Below, piece after piece: positions 47,985 to 59,200 of a stretch of DNA of 64,000 bases. The position numbers and the translations under genes were made by a program. The stretch covers positions 16,540,789 to 16,604,788 of the forward strand of contig NC_083409.1 in NCBI RefSeq assembly GCF_020745735.1. The letters run 5' to 3'. Positions within the stretch are counted from its first letter, which is position 1. The number at the start of each line of letters is the position of its first letter. The DNA comes from Hemiscyllium ocellatum (Eukaryota). The notes under the pieces were generated by a model. It searched no databases. It saw only the letters and a list, made by a program, of their open reading frames with translations, and was not told the origin of the DNA.

Positions 47985-49720
47985 ACATTTATGGAGATGT
48001 ACAGCAGAGAAACAGACCCTTCAGTCCAAGTCATCCATCCTGACCAGATACCCTAAATTAATCTAGTCCCATTTGCCAGTATGAGGCCCATGTCGCTCTC
48101 AACCCTTCCTATACATATACCCATCCAGATGGCTTTTTAAATATTGTAATCATACCAGCCTCCACCACTCCCTCTGGCAGCCCATTCCAAAAATGTACGA
48201 CCCTCTGCATGAAAACGTTGCACCTTAGGTCCTTTTTAAATCTTTCCCCTGTCACCTTCAACCTATGCCCTCTAGTTCTGGACTCCCCCACTCTGAAGAA
48301 AAGATCTACTCTATTCACCGTATCTATATCCCTCATGATTTTATAAACCACTGTGTGGTCACCCCTCAGCCTCCAACAATCCAGGGAAAATAGTCTCAGT
48401 CTATTCAGCTTCCTCCGATAGCTCAAACTCCCCAACCTTGGCAACACACTTAAAAAACTTTTCTGAAGCATTTTAAGTTTCACAATATTGTTCCTACAGC
48501 AGGGAGACCAGAATTACACACCATATTCCAAAAATGACCAATGTCTGGCACAACCACAACAGCTCCCAACTCCAATACTCAATGCGCTGCCCAATAAAGG
48601 AAACCATACCAAGTTACTTCATCACTCCCCTACCTACCTGCAACTCCACTTTCACGGAACTTTTTTTTTTGGTTGAACTGGGAGTCTTTCAGATGTGAAA
48701 GGTGCCATTCCATGGCACTGTTGGATGAAGAGCAGGCAGTTCCTTCTGGTGTCCCTGGTCACTATTTATCCCCCCCAAAAAATCACTAAAAATCTATTTC
48801 TCTGCTAATTATCATACTGTGTTTGGGATCTCACTGCACAAAGTCTGCTGGAAAGAGCCATTGGGACATCCTGAGCTGGGGACAGGTGCTACACAAATGC
48901 AGGTCTTTCTTTAAGGTTAGAGTCTCTTGATCCTGAACCTCACCCATTGTCTGCGCACTCTCACCTTCCAGGAGGCATGGGGTCATTAGGAGCAGTGACC
49001 CTGCCTGACCCCAGGTCACTGAGGCTCTTTGCAGCCTCACCCTTGATCTCAGCCCAGTGGTGTGCAGCAAGGTTTGAAATGTATTCAAGAGCATTCTACA
49101 CAGACACCCCAATGTGACTCCTTCCCAAAGTGTTTGGATCCAAGTCTGCTCCAATGTTCTCGGATAAAGTTCTCCTCATCTGTGGGTAATCCAAGGTTTG
49201 TTAAAGAGGGATCGAGCTCCATCCCACTCTCCAGCTCTTGCTCCATAGCTCTGGATGTTTCGCTGTTCCAAGTGAATATCCAAGTGTTTTTTTCAATGTG
49301 ATGAGGGTTTCTGCCTCTCCCAACCTTTCAGACAGTGAGTCCCAGATCCCATCAGCCTCTGGGTGAAAACAATTACTCCTCAATTCACCTCGAACCCTGT
49401 CCCCAATTCATTTCAATCTCTCCCCATGGTTATTGCCCTCTCTGCTGATGGAAATCAGTCCTTCCTACCAATTCTATCTTGGCCCTCATCAGTTTACACA
49501 CCTTGATCAAATCTCCCCTCAGCCTTCTCTGTTCCAAAAAAAACAGTCCCAGCCAAACCAATCATTCCTCAAAACTAAAACTCCCCATTCCTGACAAAAT
49601 CCTCCACTGTCCCCATCACTAGGGGGGATCATATCCTTCCTGTAATGTGGTGACCAGAACTGTACATTGTTCTCTCACTGTGCTCTAACTGGGGTTTGAT
49701 AAAGTTCCAGAATAAACAAA
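47985..49720 (-). mobile_element. CR1 3' fragments in the J-C intron (47985-48660; 49240-49720); others at 50220-50660
   Basis: RLRGDHTVVYKIMRD..RTRGHRLKV motifs and tails. Confidence 0.78.
48680..48910 (+). mobile_element. DeuSINE (SacSINE1/AmnSINE-related) fragment; other pieces at about 47855-47965 and 60050-60140
   Basis: Deu-domain-like CCATGGCACT..GGTGTCCCTGGTCA and tail TTTGGGAC..GCTA..AAATGCA.GTCTTTCTTT, recognised from memory of the family. Confidence 0.5.
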
Positions 49721-49754
49721 TTTCTTGCTTTCACTCTCAACCAAAAATGAGATA

Positions 49755-50100
49755 AGGGAGGTGATGGCCTAATAGTATTATTGTTGACCTGTTAATCCAG
49801 AGATCCAGATTAATGTTCTAGGGACCAGGGCAGAATCCTGCCACAGCAGATGGTGGAATTTGAATTCAATTTAAAAAATCTGGAATTAAGGGTCTGATGA
49901 TGACCATGAAACAATTGTTGATTGTCAGGAAAAAAAGCCATCTGATTCACTAATGTCCTTTAGGGAAGGAAACTGCCATCCTTACCATGTGACACCAGAC
50001 CCCCAGCAATGTGGGTGACTCTAAAATGCCCTCTGGAGATTAGGAATGGGCAATAAATGCTGCCAATCCAGCAATGCCCTCATTCCATCAAGGGAAAAAG
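49755..50100 (+). mobile_element. tRNA-derived SINE of a second family
   Basis: tRNA-like head and 3' tail GGGCAATAAATGCTG shared with the LINE at 18940-20270; related tails at 51205-51270 and 60180-60350. Confidence 0.65.
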
Positions 50101-51408
50101 AAAAACTGTTTATCCCATGTGTCTTCTGAACCACCTCACTGACCTGCATTCATTAATCACCATGGCCACATCTTCCACCTGCACACACATCTGACTTCCA
50201 GCCTCAAGATGACGACAGACATTCCTTCATTATCTGAGAAACAGACAGAAACATAAAACACAGGAGCAGCAGTAGGCCATTCGGCCCCTCAAGCCTGCTC
50301 CACCATTCAATATGATCATGGCCGATCATCCAACACTGTCCCCTGTTCCTGCTTGCTCCCCACATTCTTTGAACTCATTAATCTTAAGAACTGTATCTAA
50401 TTCCTTCTTGAACACATACCGCATCTAATTCTCTCATGCTGGTAAATTGATGAGAAGTATTGAGTTGTTTTTTGACACAATGTTCCGTTGGGCCTTTTGG
50501 GTCTCTCTGACTCTGACCCTATTATTATATATTATGAATAACTGGGTACCAAGGACTGATCCCTGTGGTACCCCAACTGGTAAATATCTGCCATTCAGAA
50601 AAAGACTCGCCCTTCCTGTCCTGTCTGCCAACCAGTTCTCAATCCATGTCAGTACCTGACCCCCATACTCTTGTTTGTTGGGATTTCTTTGATTCAGTTG
50701 GACACAGTTAATCTTGTCTTTGCCTTCCTCAGGTCCTGTTCAATGTCACCCCTGCATTTTCGATCCTCCTCTGGGCTTTCTGCAGATAACTCCAGATAAC
50801 CAACATCACCTTCCCTGTTTAATCTTCCCTACTCTGGCTGCCTTTTGACATCCCAGGCTGAGATTCTAGATTTGGGAGTCCCACCCTTACTCATTGTGGG
50901 AAAAGATTCTGAACAATCTCTGTCTTTTCTTTTGAGGGATCCCACTGCCCTGGCATTGATTTCACATGATGGCATTGGTTCCAGTCCACTTTTACTAAAT
51001 CATCGCACAGTTTAGTAAAATAGTTCATTCCCAAGTGAAAACGTTAACACTTGCTGCATGGTTCTCCATTTCCATCCATACTCTCAATCTCACTGAGTTC
51101 TGATCACTGTCACTAAACTGCTCCCCCATTGAGAACCCTTCCAACTGCCCACATTCATTCCCTAAACAAGGGTCCAAACCTGTTCCTTGTCTTTCCCCAT
51201 CACCTTCTCGGGGCAATTAGGGATGAGAAATAAATGCTGGCCCTGCTCGTGACACTCACTCCCAAGAAGCAATTTAAACAACACCTGCTTTGTTCGTCAG
51301 GTTTGGTAGGTATTGGATACAAATGTTCTCACATTTTACCAGTGAATGTTCTGAGAGTTGAAGTTCCTTCAAATGACAGGGATTAAAATTGTTTCTTTTG
51401 TCTTTCTG

Positions 51409-51737
51409 GCCGTGAGAACTCTCAGCCCAAGCTGACCCTGCTGCCCCCCTCCCTGGAGCAGGTCAATGCCAAGGGCACTGCCACCCTGGTGTGCCTTGCC
51501 AATCACTTCTATCCCGATGAGCTGGAGGTGCAGTGGAAGAAGGACGGTGCAGTCATTTCGGACGGGGTTCAGACCAGCAACTACCTGCGAGCTTCGGACA
51601 GCACCTACAGTGTCAGCAGCCTGCTGACCCTCTCTGGGTCTGACTGGGAGTCCAATACTTGCTTCTCCTGTGCCCTCATCCATGTGACCCTCCCCTCTCC
51701 CCTCAGCAAGACCATCAGGAGATCAGAATGTGTGTAG
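51409..51737 (+). pseudogene. IGKC: Ig kappa-type C exon of cluster B: open frame, splice acceptor lacks AG
   Basis: (S)RENSQPKLTLLPPSLEQVNAKGTATLVCLANHFYPDELEVQWKKDGAVISDGVQTSNYLRASDSTYSVSSLLTLSGSDWESNTCFSCALIHVTLPSPLSKTIRRSECV* is a C1-set domain with the terminal interchain Cys. It is preceded by a pyrimidine tract ending TTTCTG (TG at 51407-08). Confidence 0.93.
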
Positions 51738-52478
51738 AGTATTTGAGACTGTCCACAGAGGAGACACAACTTTAAATAGAACAGGGCTGAGCTGGAAGGA
51801 CAAAGGTCATTCTCAGCACTAAATGTCAACGCTCCTCCTTCTCAGGACTGGCCTAGGGGATACTTATGAGGTTCAGGAGTTAAGGCAGTTCATTGGAACA
51901 GCGTAGAGAGAGCTTTATCCTATGTAAAACCTCATGCTGTCCTTGTCCTGGGAGTGTTTGACGGGTCAGGGTTGACTTGTGATGCTAGGTAAAATCTCTT
52001 GAAGATGCTGAAAAGTGCCAGCTGTACAAAACAATGTGAACCTCTGAAGTCTCTGCTTCAGTAAACCAGATCTCCTTCCTGCTCAGCCACCAGTTCCAAT
52101 TCAAGGTTTTTATCACTGTTTAAAGGGACAGGATTCTCATGTTACTGAGAAAACCTCCACAAGTGTTTTCCTCAAGCACCATTGTGGCTGTGAATTTGAG
52201 CAGCTTCCTCTGTCTGGGCTGTTAATTTTAGTGTTTATTCTCCCAAAGCCAATCAAATCAGATTAAAGTTGAAGAAGATTCAGTCTCTGTTTCTGTGTGC
52301 TTTCGAAATGGACCACTCCCTTCAGCTGTTTGGATGCATTTCAGCATAGCACTATCACAATTGGCTAATTGGTCTGTCAATCAGTAAGACTTTCGTTGTA
52401 GTATGGACTGACAGCTAATCATTAATCATTTTCATATGATCCCTTTGATCTCGAAACTGTGGAGGTTACAAGATTCCA

Positions 52479-52499
52479 AATAAAACAGAAACTGAAAGT
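52479..52499 (+). promoter_or_regulatory. AATAAA (possible poly(A) signal) adjacent to an IRF/ISRE motif downstream of C
   Basis: AATAAA 52479-52484 is the first canonical hexamer I found after the C stop; GAAACTGAAAGT at 52488-52499. Confidence 0.35.
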
Positions 52500-52824
52500 T
52501 GTTGGGACTCAGTAATTACAATCTGAGGCATTCCCTCTTCACTCTTTTGATCCAGGTAGAGTTGCTGGGATAGTACTGTGCGCTCTCTGCTGCATGCTGG
52601 ATAGTACCTGTAATATTCTTAGGACAGTCACTGAGAATGGAGGCTGTGTGTCTCTCTGAGTGTGAGTGTGAGTGTGCGTGTATTACATAATGCTGCCTGA
52701 GGTGTCACTGTGAGTGTGGGTGTGTTATTCAGAGACACCGACATGCAGCGCTGAGTAACATGTTCACACTCAGAGAGACACCTCCAGGCAGCATGGACTG
52801 TGAGCATGTTACTCAGTGCTCAGA

Positions 52825-53040
52825 GAGTGTGGTGATGGAAAAGCATAGCAGGTCAGTCAACATCCGAGGAGCAGGAGAATCAATGCCTTCATCAGGAAAA
52901 TTCCTTCGTCAGGAAAATTCCTTCATCAGGATGTCCAAAGCGTTGATTTTGCTGCTGCTCAGATGCTGCCTGACCTGCTGTGCTTTTCAAGTACCACACT
53001 CTCGACTCTAAGCTCCAGCATCTGTAGTCCTCACTTTTGT
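52825..53040. mobile_element. Palindromic PLE-derived element inserted in the minisatellite region
   Basis: Inverted arms of the same family as 27074-27211; the centre is replaced by a 17-bp triplication CCTTCATCAGGAAAATT (52886-52930). Confidence 0.65.
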
Positions 53041-53045
53041 CTTGT

Positions 53046-53335
53046 TACTCAGTGCTGCCTGGTACTCTGAGTGTGTGTGTTACTCAGTGCTGCCTGGCAC
53101 TCTGAGTGTGTGTGTTACTCAGTGCTGCCTGGCACTCTGAGTGTGTGTGTTACTCAGTGCTGCCTGGCACTCTGAGTGTGTGTGTTACTTAGTGCTGCCT
53201 GGCACTCTGAGTGTGTGCGTTACTCAGTGTTGCCTGTAGATATCTCTCTGAGTGTGTATGTTATTCTGTACTGCCTGTCAGTATCTCATTGAGTGTGAAT
53301 GTGTTACTCTGTGCTGCCTGTAGGTGTCTCTGAGG
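53046..53335 (+). repeat. 35-bp minisatellite 1.3 kb downstream of C
   Basis: Unit TACTCAGTGCTGCCTGGCACTCTGAGTGTGTGTGT starts at 53046, 53081, 53116, 53151, 53186 and 53221, then degenerates; related units lie at 52620-52825. Confidence 0.92.
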
Positions 53336-53464
53336 TATTTGTCTCTGAGTGATGGATAGAGAATGGGCTTTGTGATGGGAATTGAAGATTTGGCTATAAT
53401 CGTCTCAAATCATGAATGAAAAACAGTTCAGTCTGAAATGGCGCCTCAGTGAGAAGGCCAGAGT

Positions 53465-53600
53465 TAAAAATCACACAACACCAGGTTATAGTCCAACAAG
53501 TTTCTTTGGAAGTACACGCTTTCAGAGCTCCTTCATCAGGCAGCTAGTGGGGCAGGATCATAGTTGACAGAATTTACAGTGAAATTGAGATGGCAACTGA
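53465..53600 (-). mobile_element. PLE terminal fragment of another family, decayed hammerhead; a related piece lies at 62843-62910 (+)
   Basis: ACACCAGGTTATAGTCCAACA..CCTTCATCAGG; minus strand CTGATGAAGGAG..GAAAG with a truncated stem II. Confidence 0.55.
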
Positions 53601-54007
53601 GAAAGGTGAATACTGAGAGTGTGTTCTCAGTAAGGGAGGGATTTCAGAGGCAGTGGGCACTGTGCTCCCTAATGTGTTAACTGATTACAAGAGGATTTTT
53701 TGGATCTGGGGTCATTGCAGTTGTGGCTGCCTGCCCAGCCAGTGCTGACTACCCATAGTCATATTTCAATGGTCAATTAGCTCGAAACTAGGTGCAGTAA
53801 TATTACCTTACAGAGAGGGGAGCTGTCTGAACGAGGGTGGTTGAATTCTTGCAGCCCCAAGTGGGGTTGCAGTGGATTAATGAAGGGCTCTACCAACATG
53901 AAGGTGCCACCTTCTCTCCCCCTGCCTCAGCTGTGGTGACCCTTGGATTAAACTCACCACAATTTGGCTCTGTCTGTAATGAGTGAGTGGGACTATGCTC
54001 CTCTGGG

Positions 54008-55495
54008 ATTAGATTAGATTAGATTACCTACAGTGTGGAAACAGGCCTTTCGGCCCAAACAATCCACACCAACCGTCCAAACAGAAACCCAACCCATTTC
54101 CCTCTGACTAATGCACCTAACACTCTGGGCAATTTGGCATGGCCAATTCACCTGATTTGCACATCTTCGGACTGTGGGAGGAAACCAGGGCACCCGGAGG
54201 AAACCAAGGCAGACACAGGGAGAATGTGCAAACTCCACACAGACATTCACCCGAGGCTGGAATCGAACCTGGGAACCTGGCGCTGTGAGGCAGCAGTGCT
54301 AGCAGGGATGATGACCACGTTGCTGGGTGATGGAGGGAAGGTCAACCTCACCCAAAGGCAGCACAAGCTGGACTGAAGGGGTATCAAGAATAAGTATGAG
54401 GAGATTGAGGGTAACAGAAGGAGGGGGTTGGTTGGCAGGTTGTTATTCAGAGTCAGGTAACAGAGTATCAGTCCTTCTGACACTCCCCTTTTTATCTGTC
54501 AGCCAGGGCTCCGTGATTGGACAAGGTTAAACCCCATCAGGGACTCATATTTAATCAGAAAAAAAATGAACACTTATCGAACAAGGAGTGAAAGAGCTAA
54601 AGGACACTGAACAATATGAATGGTTTGAAAGATTCCTTTACAAACATCGCAAATGAGATTTGGGAAAGTAACTCTTTCACTCAGAGGGTGATGGGAATCT
54701 GGAATGGACTGTCATTGAATCCCTACAGTGTGGAAACAGGCCATTTGGTGCAACAAGTCCCGACCAATCCTCCGAAGAGAAATTCACCCGAGATCCACTC
54801 CCCTTGGCTATTTCCCCTGACTAACACACCTAACTAACACATCCCTGAACACTATGGGCAATTTTAGAATGGCCAGTTCACCTAACCTGCACATCTTTGG
54901 ATTGTGGGGAGGAAACTGGAGCATACAGAGGAAAAACACCCAGACACGGGGAGACTGTGCAAACTCCACACAGATACCCGGGGCTGGAATCGACCCGGGT
55001 CCCTAGTGCTGTGAGGCAGCAGTACTAACCACTGAGCCACCATGCCACCCATAAAAAAGCCCAGAGAGTTGAGATTTCATTCAGCTCCAAGAGTCTGATG
55101 TGACACAAACTATAAACTCGCAACCCTCTGTCAGGGAAGGTAGTGGAGGGTAGAGACTTTACAACCTTAGTGGGCGGCACGGTGGCACAGTGGTTAGCAC
55201 TGCTGTCTCACAGCGCCTGAGACCCGGGTTCAATTCCCGATTCAGGCGACTGACTGTGTGGAGTTTGCACGTTCTCCCCGTGACTGCGTGGGTTTCCTCC
55301 GGGTGCTCCGGTTTCCTCCCACAGTCCAAAGATGTGCTGGTCAGGTGAATTGGCCATGCTAAATTGCCCGTAGTGTTAGGTAGGGGTAAATATAGGGGTA
55401 TGGGTGGGTTGCGCTTCGGTGGGTCGGTGTGGACTTGTTGGGCCGAAGGGCCTGTTTCCACACTGTAAGTAATCTAATCTAATCTAAAAAAAAAA
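54008..55495. mobile_element. Three HE1-like V-SINEs: 54008-54301 (-), 54717-55050 (-), 55172-55495 (+, near-consensus)
   Basis: A/B boxes, V-domain and (TAGAT/AATCT)n tails. Confidence 0.85.
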
Positions 55496-56289
55496 TCTTG
55501 AATATCATAACATTCATGGATTTGGGACACCAGCACGATATTGGGATAAAAGTGCCTTCGGTTGTAATTATGTTCGTGCAGACTCAATGGGCCAAAATGC
55601 CTTTTCTATGCTGTATCTATGCTGAGAGGGCTGTGCAGGTTAATGGTGACTACTATCGAAGGTGTCGAAGGTGGCAAATACATGATCAAGGGTCAGAGGA
55701 AATGGTTCAAGCTTCAGTGAAGGCCCAAGTAGGAGCTTAGAAGGAGGGTCAAGACTAATGGAGGCAAGGCCAATGGAGACTGAGCGAGGGCACAGCGTGC
55801 TGGCTGGCATCTCCAGGGGTTGTTGTGAGGAATATGGGGACAAGAGGGGAGTACAGTTTCAGATGAAATGCGACCTTTGCCAGCAGCATGACCTTCAGCA
55901 CCAGGGGGTGTCCCTGACTGTGTCAGGCTCACTGACTGCTCTCTGTGTGATTCCACACAGCCACTCGTCTGGTCACCACGCAAAGTCTAGCACATGTTTA
56001 TACTACTGGCTACAGCACAGTCTGCACCCAGCATCTGCATCTTCTGTCGATGCCACTGTCTATACACACCGTCTGCACCCTCCGTTTACACCCCATGTCC
56101 AAACCCACTGTCTACACCGTTGTCTGCACCCTCCATCTACACCTCCCATCTTTCTGCTGTTGTCAGATTGTATTCAATGATTCCATTGAGCTTACTGCAA
56201 CAGAAGCCTGAATTTTAGAACTGGCAATGACTGTCCTCTCACCCTGACCTTCAACGTCTGTCTTCCATGATGCGGTGATTAATATTAAT

Positions 56290-59200
56290 GACTGAATGCC
56301 ATTTGATTTCTGTGATGGCAGGACTGATGTATAAAGAGAGGTTGAGTTGGTGAGGATTGTGTTCATTGGAGTTTAGAAGAATGAAGGAAGGGAATCTTGT
56401 ACAAAGGTATAAAATTGGAACAGGACGAGACATGTTAGATGGAGGAAGGATGTTCCAAATGGTGGGGAAGACCAGAACCAGGGCTCATAGTTTAAGGTTA
56501 AGGGGTAAACTCTATAGGATAGAGATGAGGAAAAATGTTTTCACCCAGGGAGTGGTGAGCCTGTGGAATTCTCTGTCACAGAAAGTTGTTGAGGCCAAAA
56601 CATTATGTTTTCAAGAAGGGGGTAGAGATAGCTCTTGTGGCTGAAGATTCAAGGGATATGGGGTAGGGAGGGATTACAGTGTAGTGCTCGATGATCAGCC
56701 ATGACCATAGATAGATTCTTGCTGACTGAAGGGATGAAACATTATCAGAGAATGTAGAATTGAGGTTAAAATCAGATCAGCCATAAGGGCCGAGTGGCCT
56801 ACTTTTGTTCCTTGCCCATATGTTGCCTCATACACTTTCACACAATCGAAGACTGTCATTTGTATATTCTACCTGCAGATTAAGCCGCATGTGCAATAGG
56901 CCTCATCTGTACAGTGTTTTGTCCAGCCTTTCACCATGATATAGTTAAGATAATGGTCCCATAATCAATCCATTAACTTTGTAAGTTAGTTTATTTAAAG
57001 CAAAAAAACACATTACAAGTCGTGAAGCAGACATTACAGCAAGCAAGAATGGACTGCACTGAGGCTCAGTGGTCAGCACTGCTGTCCCACAGCGCCAGGG
57101 ACCTAGGTTCGATTCCAGCCTCGGGCAACTGTCTGTTTGGAGTTTGCACATTCTCCCCGTGTCTGTGGGTTTCCTCTGGATGTTGCGGTTTCTTCCCACA
57201 GTCAAAGGATATGCAGGTTCGGTGAATTGGCCAAACTAAATTGTCCATGGTGTTCAGGGATGTGTGGGTTAGGTGCAGTAGTCAGGGAATATGTAGAGTA
57301 ATGGGGTGGAGGAGTGGGATGCTCTTTGGAGGGTCAGTGTGGAGGCCTATTTCCACACTGTAGGGATTCTGTGAATTGATCTTGGTCTGTGCAGCTTGCA
57401 GGCTGACAGATGACTAACTGGTGGGTAGAATTCAACACCGTACATACACAGGGTTGGATTTTCTTAAAGGTAATGTGTGCACACAGCACACAGCTACTGA
57501 ACATCAAGGCAAGATAGTTACATTCTCTCTTGTTGGAGACAGTCATTGCCTGGCAGCTGTGTGGCACAAATGTAACCTTATTCATGTTCCAAACCCACAT
57601 CTCTATCAATAAAATGCTTTGGAACATCCTCAGGTAACAAAAAGTGCTATACATTTGGGGTGGCACGATGGCTCAGCAGTTGGCACTGCTGCCTCACACC
57701 GTCAGGGACCCGCCTCAGGCAAGTCTGTGTGGAGTTTTCACGTTCTCCCTGTATCTGTGTGAGCTTCCGCCAGGTACTCTGGCTTCCTCCCACGGTCCTA
57801 AAGATCTGCAGGCTGGTAAATTGGCCATGCTAAATTGCCTACAGTGTCCAGGGATGAGCAGGCTATGTGGATTAGCCATTGGAAAATACAGGCATAGCAT
57901 CTGGGTCTGGATGGAATGCTCTTCAGAGGGGTGGTGTGTACTCGATAGGCTGAATGACCTACTTCCACACTATATGGATTCTGTGATACAAATGAAAGTT
58001 ACTTCTTTCCATTCTAGCCCTGTAGCATGCAAGTGGTTCTGTCTCATATCCACTCAAGATATGGCAACTCTTTGAAGAAAGGAGCAGCCTCTATTCTTTT
58101 GGAAATTACTTCTTCCAATCTGTGTCCTTCACAGCCTTGTAGACAGCAACAATGAGATCGGGAAATAACCCAAAGCTATAATCTTCTGGACTCTTCATTA
58201 AACTGTGGAACCTGAAAAGTACAATTAATGTCCAAGTCAATGAAGATATTTCTCAGCAATCCTTAAATACTGAGGTTTAGTACTCAGCAGGCCCCAGGAG
58301 TCAAAATAACCGAGTAGATCATTGCTCTGAATTGCTCATAGATGTTACCTTCACATTTCTGGAGGCTTTGATCAAAAAGGTTGCTTACTCCTCTCCAATA
58401 TACAGCTTAAAATCAGCTCCAACTCCCAACCATCCAGCTGAGAGCGGAGCCCTGTACAAACTGGAACCTGGTCAGTGGGAGCACTGTCACCTCTGTCTCA
58501 GAAGCTTTGTCTATTTAAACCAGTGTCTTAGTCAGAGAGTCATTCAGCACGGAAACAGACCCTTCGGTTCAACTCATCCATGCCAACCAGACATCCTAAT
58601 CTAATTCCATTTGCCATGATTTAGCCCTTATCCCTCTAAACCCTTCCCATTCATGGACCCATATAAATTGTACCAGCTTCCACCACTTCCCCTGGCAGCT
58701 CATTCCGTGCATGCACCATCCTCTGCATGAAAAGTTGCCCCTTAGTTCCCTTACAAATTCTTCCTCTATTACCTTAAACCTATATCCTCTAGTTTTGGAC
58801 TGACATACCCTGGGAAACAGACCTTGGATATTCACCTTATCGATGCCCCTCATGATTTTATAAACCTCCAGAAGTGCACCCCTCAACCTTCAACGCTGCA
58901 GGGAAAGTAGCCCCAATCTATTCAGCCTCTCCCTGTAGCTCAAGCCCTCCAATCCCGGCAACATCCTTGCAAATCTTTTTTTGCCCCCTTTCAAGTTTAA
59001 GAACATTATTCTGATAGTAGGAAGACCAGAACTGAGCCTTGTATTCTCAAGGTGTCCTCACCAATGGTCACTTTGGTGGACAGCCAGAACATGACATCCC
59101 AACTCCTTTACTCAACGCACAGACCAATAAAGGCAAGTGTACCAATCACCTTCGTCACTACCCTATCTATCCATTGCTTCACTTTCAAGGAACTGTGAGC

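Noticed and set aside
50873-50883. TGGGAGTCCCA as an NF-kB site about 530 bp before C, like the mammalian intronic enhancer
   Set aside because: Not a full 10-bp consensus, appears to lie in decayed LINE sequence, and has no second copy to test.
52105-52120. GGTTTTTAT immediately followed by CACTGTT (nonamer-like plus heptamer-like) after C
   Set aside because: Zero spacer and a mismatch in each element; it cannot act as an RSS.
53046-53335. 35-bp and 44-bp arrays as CRISPR-like
   Set aside because: Head-to-tail repeats without unique spacers, in a vertebrate context.
55172-55250. tRNA genes at SINE heads
   Set aside because: The A/B boxes run directly into the V-domain and LINE-derived tail, so these are SINEs and not tRNA genes.
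58291-58311. GYFDSWG on the minus strand resembling a heavy-chain J
   Set aside because: It continues WGLLST rather than WGxG, and I saw no RSS or splice donor.
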